From positions 280,426,001 to 280,490,000 of the forward strand of contig OZ024743.1 in NCBI GenBank assembly GCA_964016885.1: a stretch of 64,000 bases of DNA, given 5' to 3'. Position numbers and translations under genes: made by a program. Numbering within the stretch: position 1 is the first letter of the stretch; each line of letters starts with the position of its first letter. This document shows, one piece after another, positions 1 through 15,000 of the stretch. Under the pieces are notes generated by a model that was not told the DNA's origin, searched no databases, and saw only the letters and a list, made by a program, of their open reading frames with translations. This stretch comes from Eledone cirrhosa (Eukaryota).

Positions 1-3000
1 AATGTATGTGGTAATGTTGGGTATAGTAATAGTGTTTGTATTAATATATGTGGTAATGTTGGGTATAGTAATGGTGTTTGTATTAATGTATGTGGTAATG
101 TTGTGTATAGTAATGGTGTTTGTATTAATATATGTGGTAATGTTGTGTATAGTAATGGTGTTTGTATTAATATATGTGGTAATTTTGGGTATAGTAATGG
201 TATTTGTATTAATGTATGTGGTAATGTTGGGTATAGTAATGGTGTTTGTATTAATATATGTGGTAACGTTAGGTATAGTAATGGTTTTTGTATTAATATA
301 TGTGGTAATGTTGGGTATAGTAATGGTGTTTGTATTGATATATGTGGTAATGTTGGGTATAGTAATGGTGTTTGTATTAATGTATGTGGTAATGTTGGGT
401 ATAGTAATCGTGTTTGTATTAATGTATGTAGTAATGTTGGGTATAGTAATGGTGTTTGTATTAATGTATGTGGTAATGTGGGTATAGTAATGGTGTTTGT
501 ATTAATATATGTGGTAATGTTAGGTATAGTAATGGTTTTTGTATTAATATATGTGGTAATGTTGGGTATAGTAATGGTGTTTGTATTAATATATGTGGTA
601 ACGTTAGGTATAGTAATGGTTTTTGTATTAATATATGTGGTAATGTTGGGTATAGTAATGGTGTTTGTATTAATATATGTAGTAATGTTGGGTATAGTAA
701 TGGTGTTTGTATTAATGTATGTGGTAATGTTGGGTATAGTAATGGTGTTTGTATTAATGTACGTGGTAATGTTGGGTATAGTAATAGTGTTTGTATTAAT
801 ATATGTGGTAATGTTGGGTATAGTAATGGTGTTTGTATTAATATATGTGGTAATGTTGGGTATAGTAATGGTGTTTGTATTAATGTATGTGGTAATGTTG
901 GGTATAGTAATGGTGTTTGTATTAATGTATGTGGTAATGTGGGTATAGTAATGTTGTTTGTATTAATGTATGTGGTAATGTGGGTATAGTAATGTTGTTT
1001 GTATTAATATATGTGGTAATGTTGGGTATAGTAATGGTGTTTGTATTAATATATGTGGTAATGTTGGGTATAGTAATGGTGTTTGTATTAATGTATGTGG
1101 TAATGTTGTGTATAGTAATGGTGTTTGTATTAATATATGTAGTAATGTTGGGTATAGTAATGATGTTTGTATTAATGTATGTGGTAATGTTGGGTATAGT
1201 AATAGTGTTTGTATTAATGTATGTGGTAATGTTGGGTATAGTAATGGTTTTTGTATTAATATATGTGGTAATGTTGGGTATAGTAATGGTGTTTGTATTA
1301 ATATATGTGGTAACGTTAGGTATAGTAATGGTGTTTGTATTAATATATGTGGTAATGTTAGGTATAGTAATGGTTTTTGTATTAATATATGTGGTAATGT
1401 TGGGTATAGTAATGGTGTTTGTATTAATATATGTGGTAACGTTAGGTATAGTAATGGTGTTTGTATTAATATATGTGGTAATGTTGGGTATAGTAATGGT
1501 GTTTGTATTAATGTATGTGGTAATGTTGGGTATAGTAATAGTGTTTGTATTAATATATGTGGTAATGATGGGTATAGTAATGGTGTTTGTATTAATGTAT
1601 GTGGTAATGTTGGGTATAGTAATGGTGTTTGTATTAATGTATGTGGTAATGTGGGTATAGTAATGGTGTTTGTATTAATGTATGTGGTAATGTTGGGTAT
1701 AGTAATGGTGTTTGTATTAATGTATGTGGTAATGTTGTGTATAGTAATGGTGTTTGTATTAATATATGTGGTAATGTTGTGTATAGTAATGGTGTTTGTA
1801 TTGATATATGTGGTAATGTTGGGTATAGTAATGGTGTTTGTATTAATATATGTGGTAATGTTGTGTATAGTAATGGTGTTTGTATTAATATATGTGGTAA
1901 TGTTGGGTATAGTAATGGTGTTTGTATTAATATATGTGGTAATGTTGTGTATAGTAATGGTGTTTGTATTAATATATGTGGTAATGTTGGGTATAGTAAT
2001 GGTGTTTGTATTAATGTATGTGGTAATGTTGGGTATAGTAATGGTGTTTGTATTAATATATGTGGTAATGTTGGGTATAGTAATGGTGTTTGTATTAATA
2101 TATGTGGTAATGTTGGGTATAGTAATGGTGTTTGTATTAATATATGTGGTAATGTTGTGTATAGTAATGGTGTTTGTATTAATGTATGTAGTAATGTTAG
2201 GTATAGTAATGGTGTTTGTATTAATGTATGTGGTAATGTTGGGTATAGTAATGGTGTTTGTATTAATATATGTGGTAATGTTGTGTATAGTAATGGTGTT
2301 TGTATTAATGTATGTAGTAATGTTGGGTATAGTAATAGTGTTTGTATTAATGTATGTGGTAATGTTGGGTATAGTAATGGTGTTTGTATTAATGTATGTG
2401 GTAATGTTGTGTATAGTAATGGTGTTTGTATTAATGTATGTGGTAATGTTGGGTATAGTAATAGTGTTTGTATTAATATATGTGGTAATGTTGGGTATAG
2501 TAATGGTGTTTGTATTAATGTATGTGGTAATGTTGTGTATAGTAATGGTGTTTGTATTAATATATGTGGTAATGTTGTGTATAGTAATGGTGTTTGTATT
2601 AATATATGTGGTAATTTTGGGTATAGTAATGGTGTTTGTATTAATGTATGTGGTAATGTTGGGTATAGTAATGGTGTTTGTATTAATGTATGTGGTAATG
2701 TTGGGTATAGTAATGGTGTTTGTATTAATGTATGTGGTAATGTTGGGTATAGTAATGGTGTTTGTATTAATGTATGTGGTAATGTTGGGTATAGTAATCG
2801 TGATTGTATTAATGTATGTAGTAATGTTGGGTATAGTAATGGTGTTTGTATTAATGTATGTGGTAATGTGGGTATAGTAATGGTGTTTGTATTAATATAT
2901 GTGGTAATGTTAGGTATAGTAATGGTTTTTGTATTAATATATGTGGTAATGTTGGGTATAGTAATGGTGTTTGTATTAATATATGTGGTAATGTTAGGTA

Positions 3001-6000
3001 TAGTAATGGTTTTTGTATTAATATATGTGGTAATGCTGGGTATAGTAATGGTGTTTGTATTAATATATGTGGTAATGTTGGGTATAGTAATGGTTTTTGT
3101 ATTAATGTATGTGGTAATGTTGGGTATAGTAATAGTGTTTGTATTAATATATGTGGTAATGTTGGGTATAGTAATGGTGTTTGTATTAATATATGTGGTA
3201 ATGTTGTGTATAGTAATGGTGTTTGTATTAATATATGTGGTAATTTTGGGTATAGTAATGGTGTTTGTATTAATGTATGTGGTAATGTTGGGTATAGTAA
3301 TGGTGTTTGTATTAATGTATGTGGTAATGTTGGGTATAGTAATGGTGTTTGTATTAATGTATGTGGTAATGTTGGGTATAGTAATGGTGTTTGTATTAAT
3401 ATATGTGGTAATGTTGGGTATAGTAATGGTGTTTGTATTAATATATGTGGTAATGTTGGGTATAGTAATGGTGTTTGTATTAATATATGTGGTAATGTTG
3501 TGTATAGTAATGGTGTTTGTATTAATGTATGTAGTAATGTTAGGTATAGTAATGGTGTTTGTATTAATGTATGTGGTAATGTTGGGTATAGTAATGGTGT
3601 TTGTATTAATATATGTGGTAATGTTGTGTATAGTAATGGTGTTTGTATTAATGTATGTAGTAATGTTGGGTATAGTAATAGTGTTTGTATTAATGTATGT
3701 GGTAATGTTGGGTATAGTAATGGTGTTTGTATTAATGTATGTGGTAATGTTGTGTATAGTAATGGTGTTTGTATTAATGTATGTGGTAATGTTGGGTATA
3801 GTAATAGTGTTTGTATTAATATATGTGGTAATGTTGGGTATAGTAATGGTGTTTGTATTAATGTATGTGGTAATGTTGTGTATAGTAATGGTGTTTGTAT
3901 TAATATATGTGGTAATGTTGTGTATAGTAATGGTGTTTGTATTAATATATGTGGTAATTTTGGGTATAGTAATGGTGTTTGTATTAATGTATGTGGTAAT
4001 GTTGGGTATAGTAATGGTGTTTGTATTAATGTATGTGGTAATGTTGGGTATAGTAATGGTGTTTGTATTAATGTATGTGGTAATGTTGGGTATAGTAATG
4101 GTGTTTGTATTAATGTATGTGGTAATGTTGGGTATAGTAATCGTGATTGTATTAATGTATGTAGTAATGTTGGGTATAGTAATGGTGTTTGTATTAATGT
4201 ATGTGGTAATGTGGGTATAGTAATGGTGTTTGTATTAATATATGTGGTAATGTTAGGTATAGTAATGGTTTTTGTATTAATATATGTGGTAATGTTGGGT
4301 ATAGTAATGGTGTTTGTATTAATATATGTGGTAATGTTAGGTATAGTAATGGTTTTTGTATTAATATATGTGGTAATGTTGGGTATAGTAATGGTGTTTG
4401 TATTAATATATGTGGTAATGTTGGGTATAGTAATGGTGTTTGTATTAATATATGTGGTAATGTTAGGTATAGTAATGGTTTTTGTATTAATATATGTGGT
4501 AATGCTGGGTATAGTAATGGTGTTTGTATTAATATATGTGGTAATGTTCTGTATAGTAATGGTTTTTGTATTAATGTATGTGGTAATGATGGGTATAGTA
4601 ATAGTGTTTGTATTAATATATGTGGTAATGTTGGGTATAGTAATGGTGTTTGTATTAATATATGTGGTAATGTTGTGTATAGTAATGGTGTTTGTATTAA
4701 TATATGTGGTAATTTTGGGTATAGTAATGGTGTTTGTATTAATGTATGTGGTAATGTTGGGTATAGTAATGGTGTTTGTATTAATGTATGTGGTAATGTT
4801 GGGTATAGTAATGGTGTTTGTATTAATGTATGTGGTAATGTTGGGTATAGTAATGGTGTTTGTATTAATGTATGTGGTAATGTTGGGTATAGTAATCGTG
4901 ATTGTATTAATATATGTGGTAATGTTGGGTATAGTAATGGTGTTTGTATTAATATATGTGGTAATGTTGGGTATAGTAATGGTGTTTGTATTAATATATG
5001 TGGTAATGTTAGGTATAGTAATGGTTTTTGTATTAATATATGTGGTACTGCTGGGTATAGTAATGGTGTTTGTATTAATGTATGTGGTAATGTGGGTATA
5101 GTAATGGTGTTTGTATTAATGTATGTGGTAATGTTGGGTATAGTAATGGTGTTTGTATTAATGTATGTGGTAATGTTGGGTATAGTAATAGTGTTTGTAT
5201 TAATATATGTGGTAATGTTGGGTATAGTAATGGTGTTTGTATTAATGTATGTGGTAATGTTGGGTATAGTAATGGTGTTTGTATTAATATATGTGGTAAT
5301 GTTGTGTATAGTAATGGTGTTTGTATTAATGTATGTGGTAATGTGGGTATAGTAATGGTGTTTGTATTAATGTATGTGGTAATGTTGGGTATAGTAATGG
5401 TGTTTGTATTAATGTATGTGGTAATGTTGGGTATAGTAATGGCGTTTGTATTAATATATGTGGTAACGTTAGGTATAGTAATGGTTTTTGTATTAATATA
5501 TGTGGTAATGTTGGGTATAGTAATGGTGTTTGTATTAATGTATGTGGTAATGTTGTGTATAGTAATGGTGTTTGTATTAATATATGTGGTAATGTTGTGT
5601 ATAGTAATGGTGTTTGTATTAATATATGTGGTAATTTTGGGTATAGTAATGGTGTTTGTATTAATGTATGTGGTAATGTTGGGTATAGTAATGGTGATTG
5701 TATTAATGTATTTGGTAATGTTGGGTATAGTAATGGTGTTTGTATTAATGTATGTGGTAATGTTGGGTATAGTAATGGTGTTTGTATTAATGTATGTGGT
5801 AATGTTGGGTATAGTAATCGTGATTGTATTAATGTATGTGGTAATGTTGGGTATAGTAATCGTGATTGTATTAATGGATGTAGTAATGTTGGGTATAGTA
5901 ATGGTGTTTGTATTAATGTATGTGGTAATGTGGGTATACTAATGGTGTTTGTATTAATATATGTGGTAATGTTGGGTATAGTAATGGTGTTTGTATTAAT

Positions 6001-9000
6001 GTATGTGGTAATGTTGGGTATAGTAATGGTGTTTGTATTAATGTATGTGGTAATGTTGGGTATAGTAATGGTGTTTGTATTAATCTATGTGGTAATGTTG
6101 GGTATAGTAATGGTGTTTGTATTAATATATGTGGTAATGTTGGGTATAGAAATGGTGTTTGTATTAATATATGTGGTAATGTTAGGTATAGTAATGGTTT
6201 TTGTATTAATATATGTGGTAATGTTGGGTATAGTAATGGTGTTTGTATTAATATATGTGGTAATGTTGGGTATAGTAATGGTTTTTGTATTAATATATGT
6301 GGTAATGTTGGGTATAGTAATAGTGTTTGTATTAATATATGTGTAATGTTGGGTATAGTAATGGTTTTTGTATTAATATATGTGGTAATGTTGGGTATAG
6401 TAATGGTGTTTGTATTAATATATGTGGTAATGTTGGGTATAGTAATGGTGTTTGTATTAATATATGTGGTAATGTTGTGTATAGTAATGGTGTTTGTATT
6501 AATGTATGTAGTAATGTTAGGTATAGTAATGGTGTTTGTATTAATGTATGTGGTAATGTTGGGTGTAGTAATGTTGTTTGTATTAATATATGTGGTAATG
6601 TTGTGTATAGTAATGGTGTTTGTATTAATGTATGTAGTAATGTTGGGTATAGTAATGGTGTTTGTATTAATGTATGTGGTAATGTTGGGTATAGTAATGG
6701 TGTTTGTATTAATGTATGTGGTAATGTTGGGTATAGTAATGGTGTTTGTATTAATATATGTGGTAATGTTGGGTATAGTAATGGTGTTTGTATTAATGTA
6801 TGTGGTAATGTTGGGTATAGTAATGGTGTTTGTATTAATATATGTGGTAATGTTGGGTATAGTAATGGTGTTTGTATTAATGTATGTGGTAATATTGGGT
6901 ATAGTAATGGTGTTTGTATTAATGTATGTGGTAATGTTGGGTATAGTAATGGTGTTTGTATTAATGTATGTGGTAATGTTGGGTATAGTAATGGTATTTG
7001 TATTAATATATGTGGTAATGTTGGGTATAGTAATAGTGTTTGTATTAATGTATGTGGTAATGTTAGGTATAGTAATGGTGTTTGTATTAATGTATGTGGT
7101 AATGTTGTGTATAGTAATGGTGTTTGTATTAATGTATGTGGTAATGTTGGGTATAGTAATAGTGTTTGTATTAATGTATGTGGTAATGTTGGGTATAGTA
7201 ATGTTGTTTGTATTAATGTATGTGGTAATGTTGTGTATAGTAATGGTGTTTGTATTAATGTATGTGGTAATGTTGGGTATAGTAATAGTGTTTGTATTAA
7301 TGTATGTGGTAATGTTGGGTATAGTAATGGTGTTTGTATTAATATATGTGGTAATGTTGGGTATAGTAATGGTGTTTGTATTAATGTATGTGGTAATATT
7401 GGGTATAGTAATGGTGTTTGTATTAATATATGTGGTAATGTTGGGTATAGTAATGGTGTTTGTATTAATATATGTGGTAATGTTGGGTATAGTAATGGTG
7501 TTTGTATTAATATATGTGGTAATGTTGGGTATAGTAATGGTGTTTGTATTAATATATGTGGTAATGCTGGGTATAGTAATGGTGTTTGTATTAATGTATG
7601 TGGTAATGTTGTGTATAGTAATGGTGTTTGTATTAATATATGTGGTAATGTTGTGTATAGTAATGGTGTTTGTATTAATGTATGTGGTAATGTTGGGTAT
7701 AGTAATGGTGTTTGTATTAATATATGTGGTAATGTTGTGTATAGTAATGGTGTTTGTATTAATGTATGTGGTAATGTTGGGAATAGTAATGGTGTTTGTA
7801 TTAATATATGTGGTAATGTTGTGTATAGTAATGGTGTTTGTATTAATATATGTGGTAATGTTGGGTATAGTAATGGTGTTTGTATTAATGTATGTGGTAA
7901 TGTTGGGTATAGTAATGGTGTTTGTATTAATGTATGTGGTAATGTTGGGTATAGTAATCGTGTTTGTATTAATGTATGTAGTAATGTTGGGTATAGTAAT
8001 GGTGTTTGTATTAATGTATGTGGTAATGTGGGTATAGTAATGGTGTTTGTATTAATATATGTGGTAATGTTAGGTATAGTAATGGTTTTTGTATTAATAT
8101 ATGTGGTAATGTTGGGTATAGTAATGGTGTTTGTATTAATGTATGTGGTAATGTTGGGTATAGTAATGGTTTTTGTATTAATGTATGTGGTAATGTTGGG
8201 TATAGTAATGGTGTTTGTATTAATGTATGTGGTAATGTTGGGTATAGTAATGGTGTTTGTATTAATATATGTGGTAATGTTGGGTATAGTAATGGTGTTT
8301 GTATTAATATATGTGGTAATGTTAGGTATAGTAATGGTTTTTGTATTAATATATGTGGTAATGTTGGGTATAGTAATGGTGTTTGTATTAATATATGTGG
8401 TAATGTTGGGTATAGTAATGGTTTTTGTATTAATATATGTGGTAATGTTGGGTATAGTAATCGTGTTTGTATTAATATATGTGGTAATGTTGGGTATAGT
8501 AATGGTTTTTGTATTAATGTATGTGGTAATGTTGGGTATAGTAATGGTGTTTGTATTAAAATATGTGGTAATGTTGGGTATAGTAATGGTGTTTGTATTA
8601 ATATATGTGGTAATGTTGGGTATAGTAATGGTGTTTGTATTAATATATGTGGTAATGTTGGGTATAGTAATGGTGTTTGTATTAATATATGTGGTAATGT
8701 TGGGTATAGTAATGGTGTTTGTATTAAAATATGTGGTAATGCTGGGTATAGTAATGGTGTTTGTATTAATGTATGTGGTAATGTTGTGTATAGTAATGGT
8801 GTTTGTATTAATATATGTGGTAATGTTGTGTATAGTAATGGTGTTTGTAATAATGTATGTGGTAATGTTGGGTATAGTAATGGTGTTTGTATTAATATAT
8901 GTGGTAATGTTGTGTATAGTAATGGTGTTTGTATTAATATATGTGGTAATGTTGGGTATAGTAATGGTGTTTGTATTAATGTATGTGGTAATGTTGGGTA

Positions 9001-12000
9001 TAGTAATGGTGTTTGTATTAATGTATGTGGTAATGTTGGGTATAGTAATCGTGTTTGTATTAATGTATGTAGTAATGTTGGGTATAGTAATGGTGTTTGT
9101 ATTAATGTATGTGGTAATGTGGGTATAGTAATGGTGTTTGTATTAATATATGTGGTAATGTTAGGTATAGTAATGGTTTTTGTATTAATATATGTGGTAA
9201 TGTTGGGTATAGTAATGGTGTTTGTATTAATGTATGTGGTAATGTTGGGTATAGTAATGGTGTTTGTATTAATATATGTGGTAATGTTGGGTATAGTAAT
9301 AGTGTTTGTATTAATGTTTGTGGTAATGTTGTGTATAGTAATGGTGTTTGTATTAATGTAGGTTGTAATGTTGGGTATAGTAATGGTGTTTGTATTAATA
9401 TATGTGGTAATGTTGTGTATAGTAATGGTGTTTGTATTAATGTATGTAGTAATGTTAGGTATAGTAATGGTGTTTGTATTAATGTATGTGGTAATGTTGG
9501 GTATAGTAATGGTGTTTGTATTAATATATGTGGTAATGTTGTGTATAGTAATGGTGTTTGTATTAATGTATGTAGTAATGTTGGGTATAGTAATAGTGTT
9601 TGTATTAATGTATGTGGTAATGTTGGGTATAGTAATGGTGTTTGTATGAATGTATGTGGTAATGTTGTGTATAGTAATGGTGTTTGTATTAATGTATGTG
9701 GTAATGTTGGGTATAGTAATAGTGTTTGTATTAATATATGTGGTAATGTTGAGTATAGTAATGGTGTTTGTATTAATGTATGTGGTAATGTTGTGTATAG
9801 TAATGGTGTTTGTATTAATATATGTGGTAATGTTGTGTATAGTAATGGTGTTTGTATTAATATATGTGGTAATTTTGGGTATAGTAATGGTGTTTGTATT
9901 AATGTATGTGGTAATGTTGGGTATAGTAATGGTGTTTGTATTAATGTATGTGGTAATGTTGGGTATAGTAATGGTGTTTGTATTAATGTATGTGGTAATG
10001 TTGGGTATAGTAATGGTGTTTGTATTAATATATGTGGTAATGTTGGGTATAGTAATGGTGTTTGTATTAATATATGTGGTAATCTTAGGTATAGTAATGG
10101 TTTTTGTATTAATATATGTGGTAATGTTGGGTATAGTAGTAGTGTTTGTATTAATATATGTGGTAACTTGGGTATAGTAATGGTGTTTGTATTAATATAT
10201 GTGGTAATGTTGCGTATAGTAATAGTGTTTGTATTAATGTATGTGGTAATGTTGGGTATAGTAATGGTGTTTGTATTAATGTATGTGGTAATGTTGGGTG
10301 TAGTAATGGTGTTTGTATTAATGTATGTAGTAATGTTGGGTATAGTAATGGTGTTTGTATTAATGTATGTGGTAATGTTGGGTATAGTAATGGTGTTTGT
10401 ATTAATGTATGTGGTAATGTTGTGTATAGTAATGGTGTTTGTATTAATGTATGTGGTAATGTTGGGTATAGTAATAGTGTTTGTATTAATGTATGTGGTA
10501 ATGTTAGGTATAGTAATGGTGTTTGTATTAATATATGTGGTAATGTTGGGTATAGTAATGGTGTTTGTATTAATGTATGTGGTAATGTTGCGTATAGTAA
10601 TAGTGTTTGTATTAATGTATGTGGTAATGTTAGGTATAGTAATGGTGTTTGTATTAATATATGTGGTAATGCTGGCTGTAGTAATCGTGTTTGTATTAAT
10701 ATATGTGGTAATGTTGGGTGTAGTAATGGTGTTTGTATTAATATATGTGGTAATGTTGGGTATAGTAATAGTGTTTGTATTAATGTATGTGGTAATGTTG
10801 GGTATAGTAATGGTGTTTGTATTAATGTATGTGGTAATGTTGGGTGTAGTAATGGTGTTAGTATTAATGTATGTGGTAATGTTGGGTATAATAATGGTGT
10901 TTGTATTAATATATGTGGTAATGTTGGGTATAGTAATGGTGTTTGTATTAATGTATGTGGTAATGTTGGGTATAGTAATGGTGTTTGTATTAATGTATGT
11001 GGTAATGTTGGGTATAGTAATGGTGTTTGTATTAATATATGTGGTAATGTTGGGTATAGTAATGGTGTTTGTATTAATATATGTGGTAATGTTGGGTATA
11101 GTAATGGTGTTTGTATTAATGTATGGGATAACGTTAGGTATAGTAATGGTGTTTGTATTAATGTATGTGGTAATGTTGGGTGTAGTAATGGTGTTTGTAT
11201 TAATGTATGTGGTAACGTTGGGTATAGTAATGGTGTTTGTATTAATGTATGTGGTAATGTTGGGTGTAGTAATGGTGTTTGTATTAATATATGTGGTAAT
11301 GTTGGGTATAGTAATGGTGTTTGTATTAATATATGTGGTAATGTTGGGTATAGTAATGGTGTTTGTATTAATGTATGTGGTAATGTTGGGTATAGTAATG
11401 GTGTTTGTATTAATATATGTGGTAATGTTGGGTATAGTAATGGTGTTTGTATTAATGTATGTCGTAATGTTGGGTATAGTAATGGTGTTTGTATTAATGT
11501 ATGTGGTAATGTTGGGTATAGTAATGGTGTTTGTATTAATATATGTGGTAATTTTGGGTATAGTAATGGTGTTTGTATTAATATATGTGGTAATGTTGTG
11601 TAGATTAATGGTGTTTGTATTAATATATGTGGTAATGTTGGGTATAGTAATGGTGTTTGTATTAACGTATGTGGTAATGTTGGGTATAGTAATGGTGTTT
11701 GTATTAATGTATGTAGTAATGTTGGGTATAGTAATGGTGTTTGTATTAATGTATGTGGTAATGTTGGGTATAGTAATGGTGTTTGTATTAATGTATGTGG
11801 TAATGTTGGGTATAGTAATGGTGTTTGTATTAATATATGTGGTAATGTTGGGTATAGTAATGGTGTTTGTATTAATGTATGTGGTAATGTTGGGTATAGT
11901 AATGGTGTTTGTATTAATATATGTGGTAATGTTGGGTATAGTAATGGTGTTTGTATTAATGTATGTGGTAATATTGGGTATAGTAATGGTGTTTGTATTA

Positions 12001-15000
12001 ATGTATGTGGTAATGTTGGGTATAGTAATGGTGTTTGTATTAATGTATGTGGTAATGTTGGGTATAGTAATGGTATTTGTATTAATATATGTGGTAATGT
12101 TGGGTATAGTAATAGTGTTTGTATTAATGTATGTGGTAATGTTAGGTATAGTAATGGTGTTTGTATTAATGTATGTGGTAATGTTGTGTATAGTAATGGT
12201 GTTTGTATTAATGTATGTGGTAATGTTGGGTATAGTAATAGTGTTTGTATTAATGTATGTGGTAATGTTGGGTATAGTAATGTTGTTTGTATTAATGTAT
12301 GTGGTAATGTTGTGTATAGTAATGGTGTTTGTATTAATGTATGTGGTAATGTTGGGTATAGTAATAGTGTTTGTATTAATGTATGTGGTAATGTTGGGTA
12401 TAGTAATGGTGTTTGTATTAATATATGTGGTAATGTTGGGTATAGTAATGGTGTTTGTATTAATGTATGTGGTAATATTGGGTATAGTAATGGTGTTTGT
12501 ATTAATATATGTGGTAATGTTGGGTATAGTAATGGTGTTTGTATTAATATATGTGGTAATGTTGGGTATAGTAATGGTGTTTGTATTAATATATGTGGTA
12601 ATGTTGGGTATAGTAATGGTGTTTGTATTAATATATGTGGTAATGTTGGGTATAGTAATGGTGTTTGTATTAATGTATGTGGTAATGTTGTGTATAGTAA
12701 TGGTGTTTGTATTAATATATGTGGTAATGTTGTGTATAGTAATGGTGTTTATATTAATGTATGTGGTAATGTTGGGTATAGTAATGGTGTTTGTATTAAT
12801 ATATGTGGTAATGTTGTGTATAGTAATGGTGTTTGTATTAATGTATGTGGTAATGTTGGGAATAGTAATGGTGTTTGTATTAATATATGTGGTAATGTTG
12901 TGTATAGTAATGGTGTTTGTATTAATATATGTGGTAATGTTGGGTATAGTAATGGTGTTTGTATTAATGTATGTGGTAATGTTGGGTATAGTAATGGTGT
13001 TTGTATTAATGTATGTGGTAATGTTGGGTATAGTAATCGTGTTTGTATTAATGTATGTAGTAATGTTGGGTATAGTAATGGTGTTTGTATTAATGTATGT
13101 GGTAATGTGGGTATAGTAATGGTGTTTGTATTAATATATGTGGTAATGTTAGGTATAGTAATGGTTTTTGTATTAATATATGTGGTAATGTTGGGTATAG
13201 TAATGGTGTTTGTATTAATGTATGTGGTAATGTTGGGTATAGTAATGGTTTTTGTATTAATGTATGTGGTAATGTTGGGTATAGTAATGGTGTTTGTATT
13301 AATGTATGTGGTAATGTTGGGTATAGTAATGGTGTTTGTATTAATATATGTGGTAATGTTGGGTATAGTAATGGTGTTTGTATTAATATATGTGGTAATG
13401 TTAGGTATAGTAATGGTTTTTGTATTAATATATGTGGTAATGTTGGGTATAGTAATGGTGTTTGTATTAATATATGTGGTAATGTTGGGTATAGTAATGG
13501 TTTTTGTATTAATATATGTGGTAATGTTGGGTATAGTAATCGTGTTTGTATTAATATATGTGGTAATGTTGGGTATAGTAATGGTTTTTGTATTAATGTA
13601 TGTGGTAATGTTGGGTATAGTAATGGTGTTTGTATTAAAATATGTGGTAATGTTGGGTATAGTAATGGTGTTTGTATTAATATATGTGGTAATGTTGGGT
13701 ATAGTAATGGTGTTTGTATTAATATATGTGGTAATGTTGGGTATAGTAATGGTGTTTGTATTAATATATGTGGTAATGTTGGGTATAGTAATGGTGTTTG
13801 TATTAAAATATGTGGTAATGCTGGGTATAGTAATGGTGTTTGTATTAATGTATGTGGTAATGTTGTGTATAGTAATGGTGTTTGTATTAATATATGTGGT
13901 AATGTTGTGTATAGTAATGGTGTTTGTAATAATGTATGTGGTAATGTTGGGTATAGTAATGGTGTTTATATTAATATATGTGGTAATGTTGTGTATAGTA
14001 ATGGTGTTTGTATTAATATATGTGGTAATGTTGGGTATAGTAATGGTGTTTGTATTAATGTATGTGGTAATGTTGGGTATAGTAATGGTGTTTGTATTAA
14101 TGTATGTGGTAATGTTGGGTATAGTAATCGTGTTTGTATTAATGTATGTAGTAATGTTGGGTATAGTAATGGTGTTTGTATTAATGTATGTGGTAATGTG
14201 GGTATAGTAATGGTGTTTGTATTAATATATGTGGTAATGTTAGGTATAGTAATGGTTTTTGTATTAATATATGTGGTAATGTTGGGTATAGTAATGGTGT
14301 TTGTATTAATGTATGTGGTAATGTTGGGTATAGTAATGGTGTTTGTATTAATATATGTGGTAATGTTGGGTATAGTAATAGTGTTTGTATTAATGTTTGT
14401 GGTAATGTTGTGTATAGTAATGGTGTTTGTATTAATGTAGGTTGTAATGTTGGGTATAGTAATGGTGTTTGTATTAATATATGTGGTAATGTTGTGTATA
14501 GTAATGGTGTTTGTATTAATGTATGTAGTAATGTTAGGTATAGTAATGGTGTTTGTATTAATGTATGTGGTAATGTTGGGTATAGTAATGGTGTTTGTAT
14601 TAATATATGTGGTAATGTTGTGTATAGTAATGGTGTTTGTATTAATGTATGTAGTAATGTTGGGTATAGTAATAGTGTTTGTATTAATGTATGTGGTAAT
14701 GTTGGGTATAGTAATGGTGTTTGTATGAATGTATGTGGTAATGTTGTGTATAGTAATGGTGTTTGTATTAATGTATGTGGTAATGTTGGGTATAGTAATA
14801 GTGTTTGTATTAATATATGTGGTAATGTTGAGTATAGTAATGGTGTTTGTATTAATGTATGTGGTAATGTTGTGTATAGTAATGGTGTTTGTATTAATAT
14901 ATGTGGTAATGTTGTGTATAGTAATGGTGTTTGTATTAATATATGTGGTAATTTTGGGTATAGTAATGGTGTTTGTATTAATGTATGTGGTAATGTTGGG

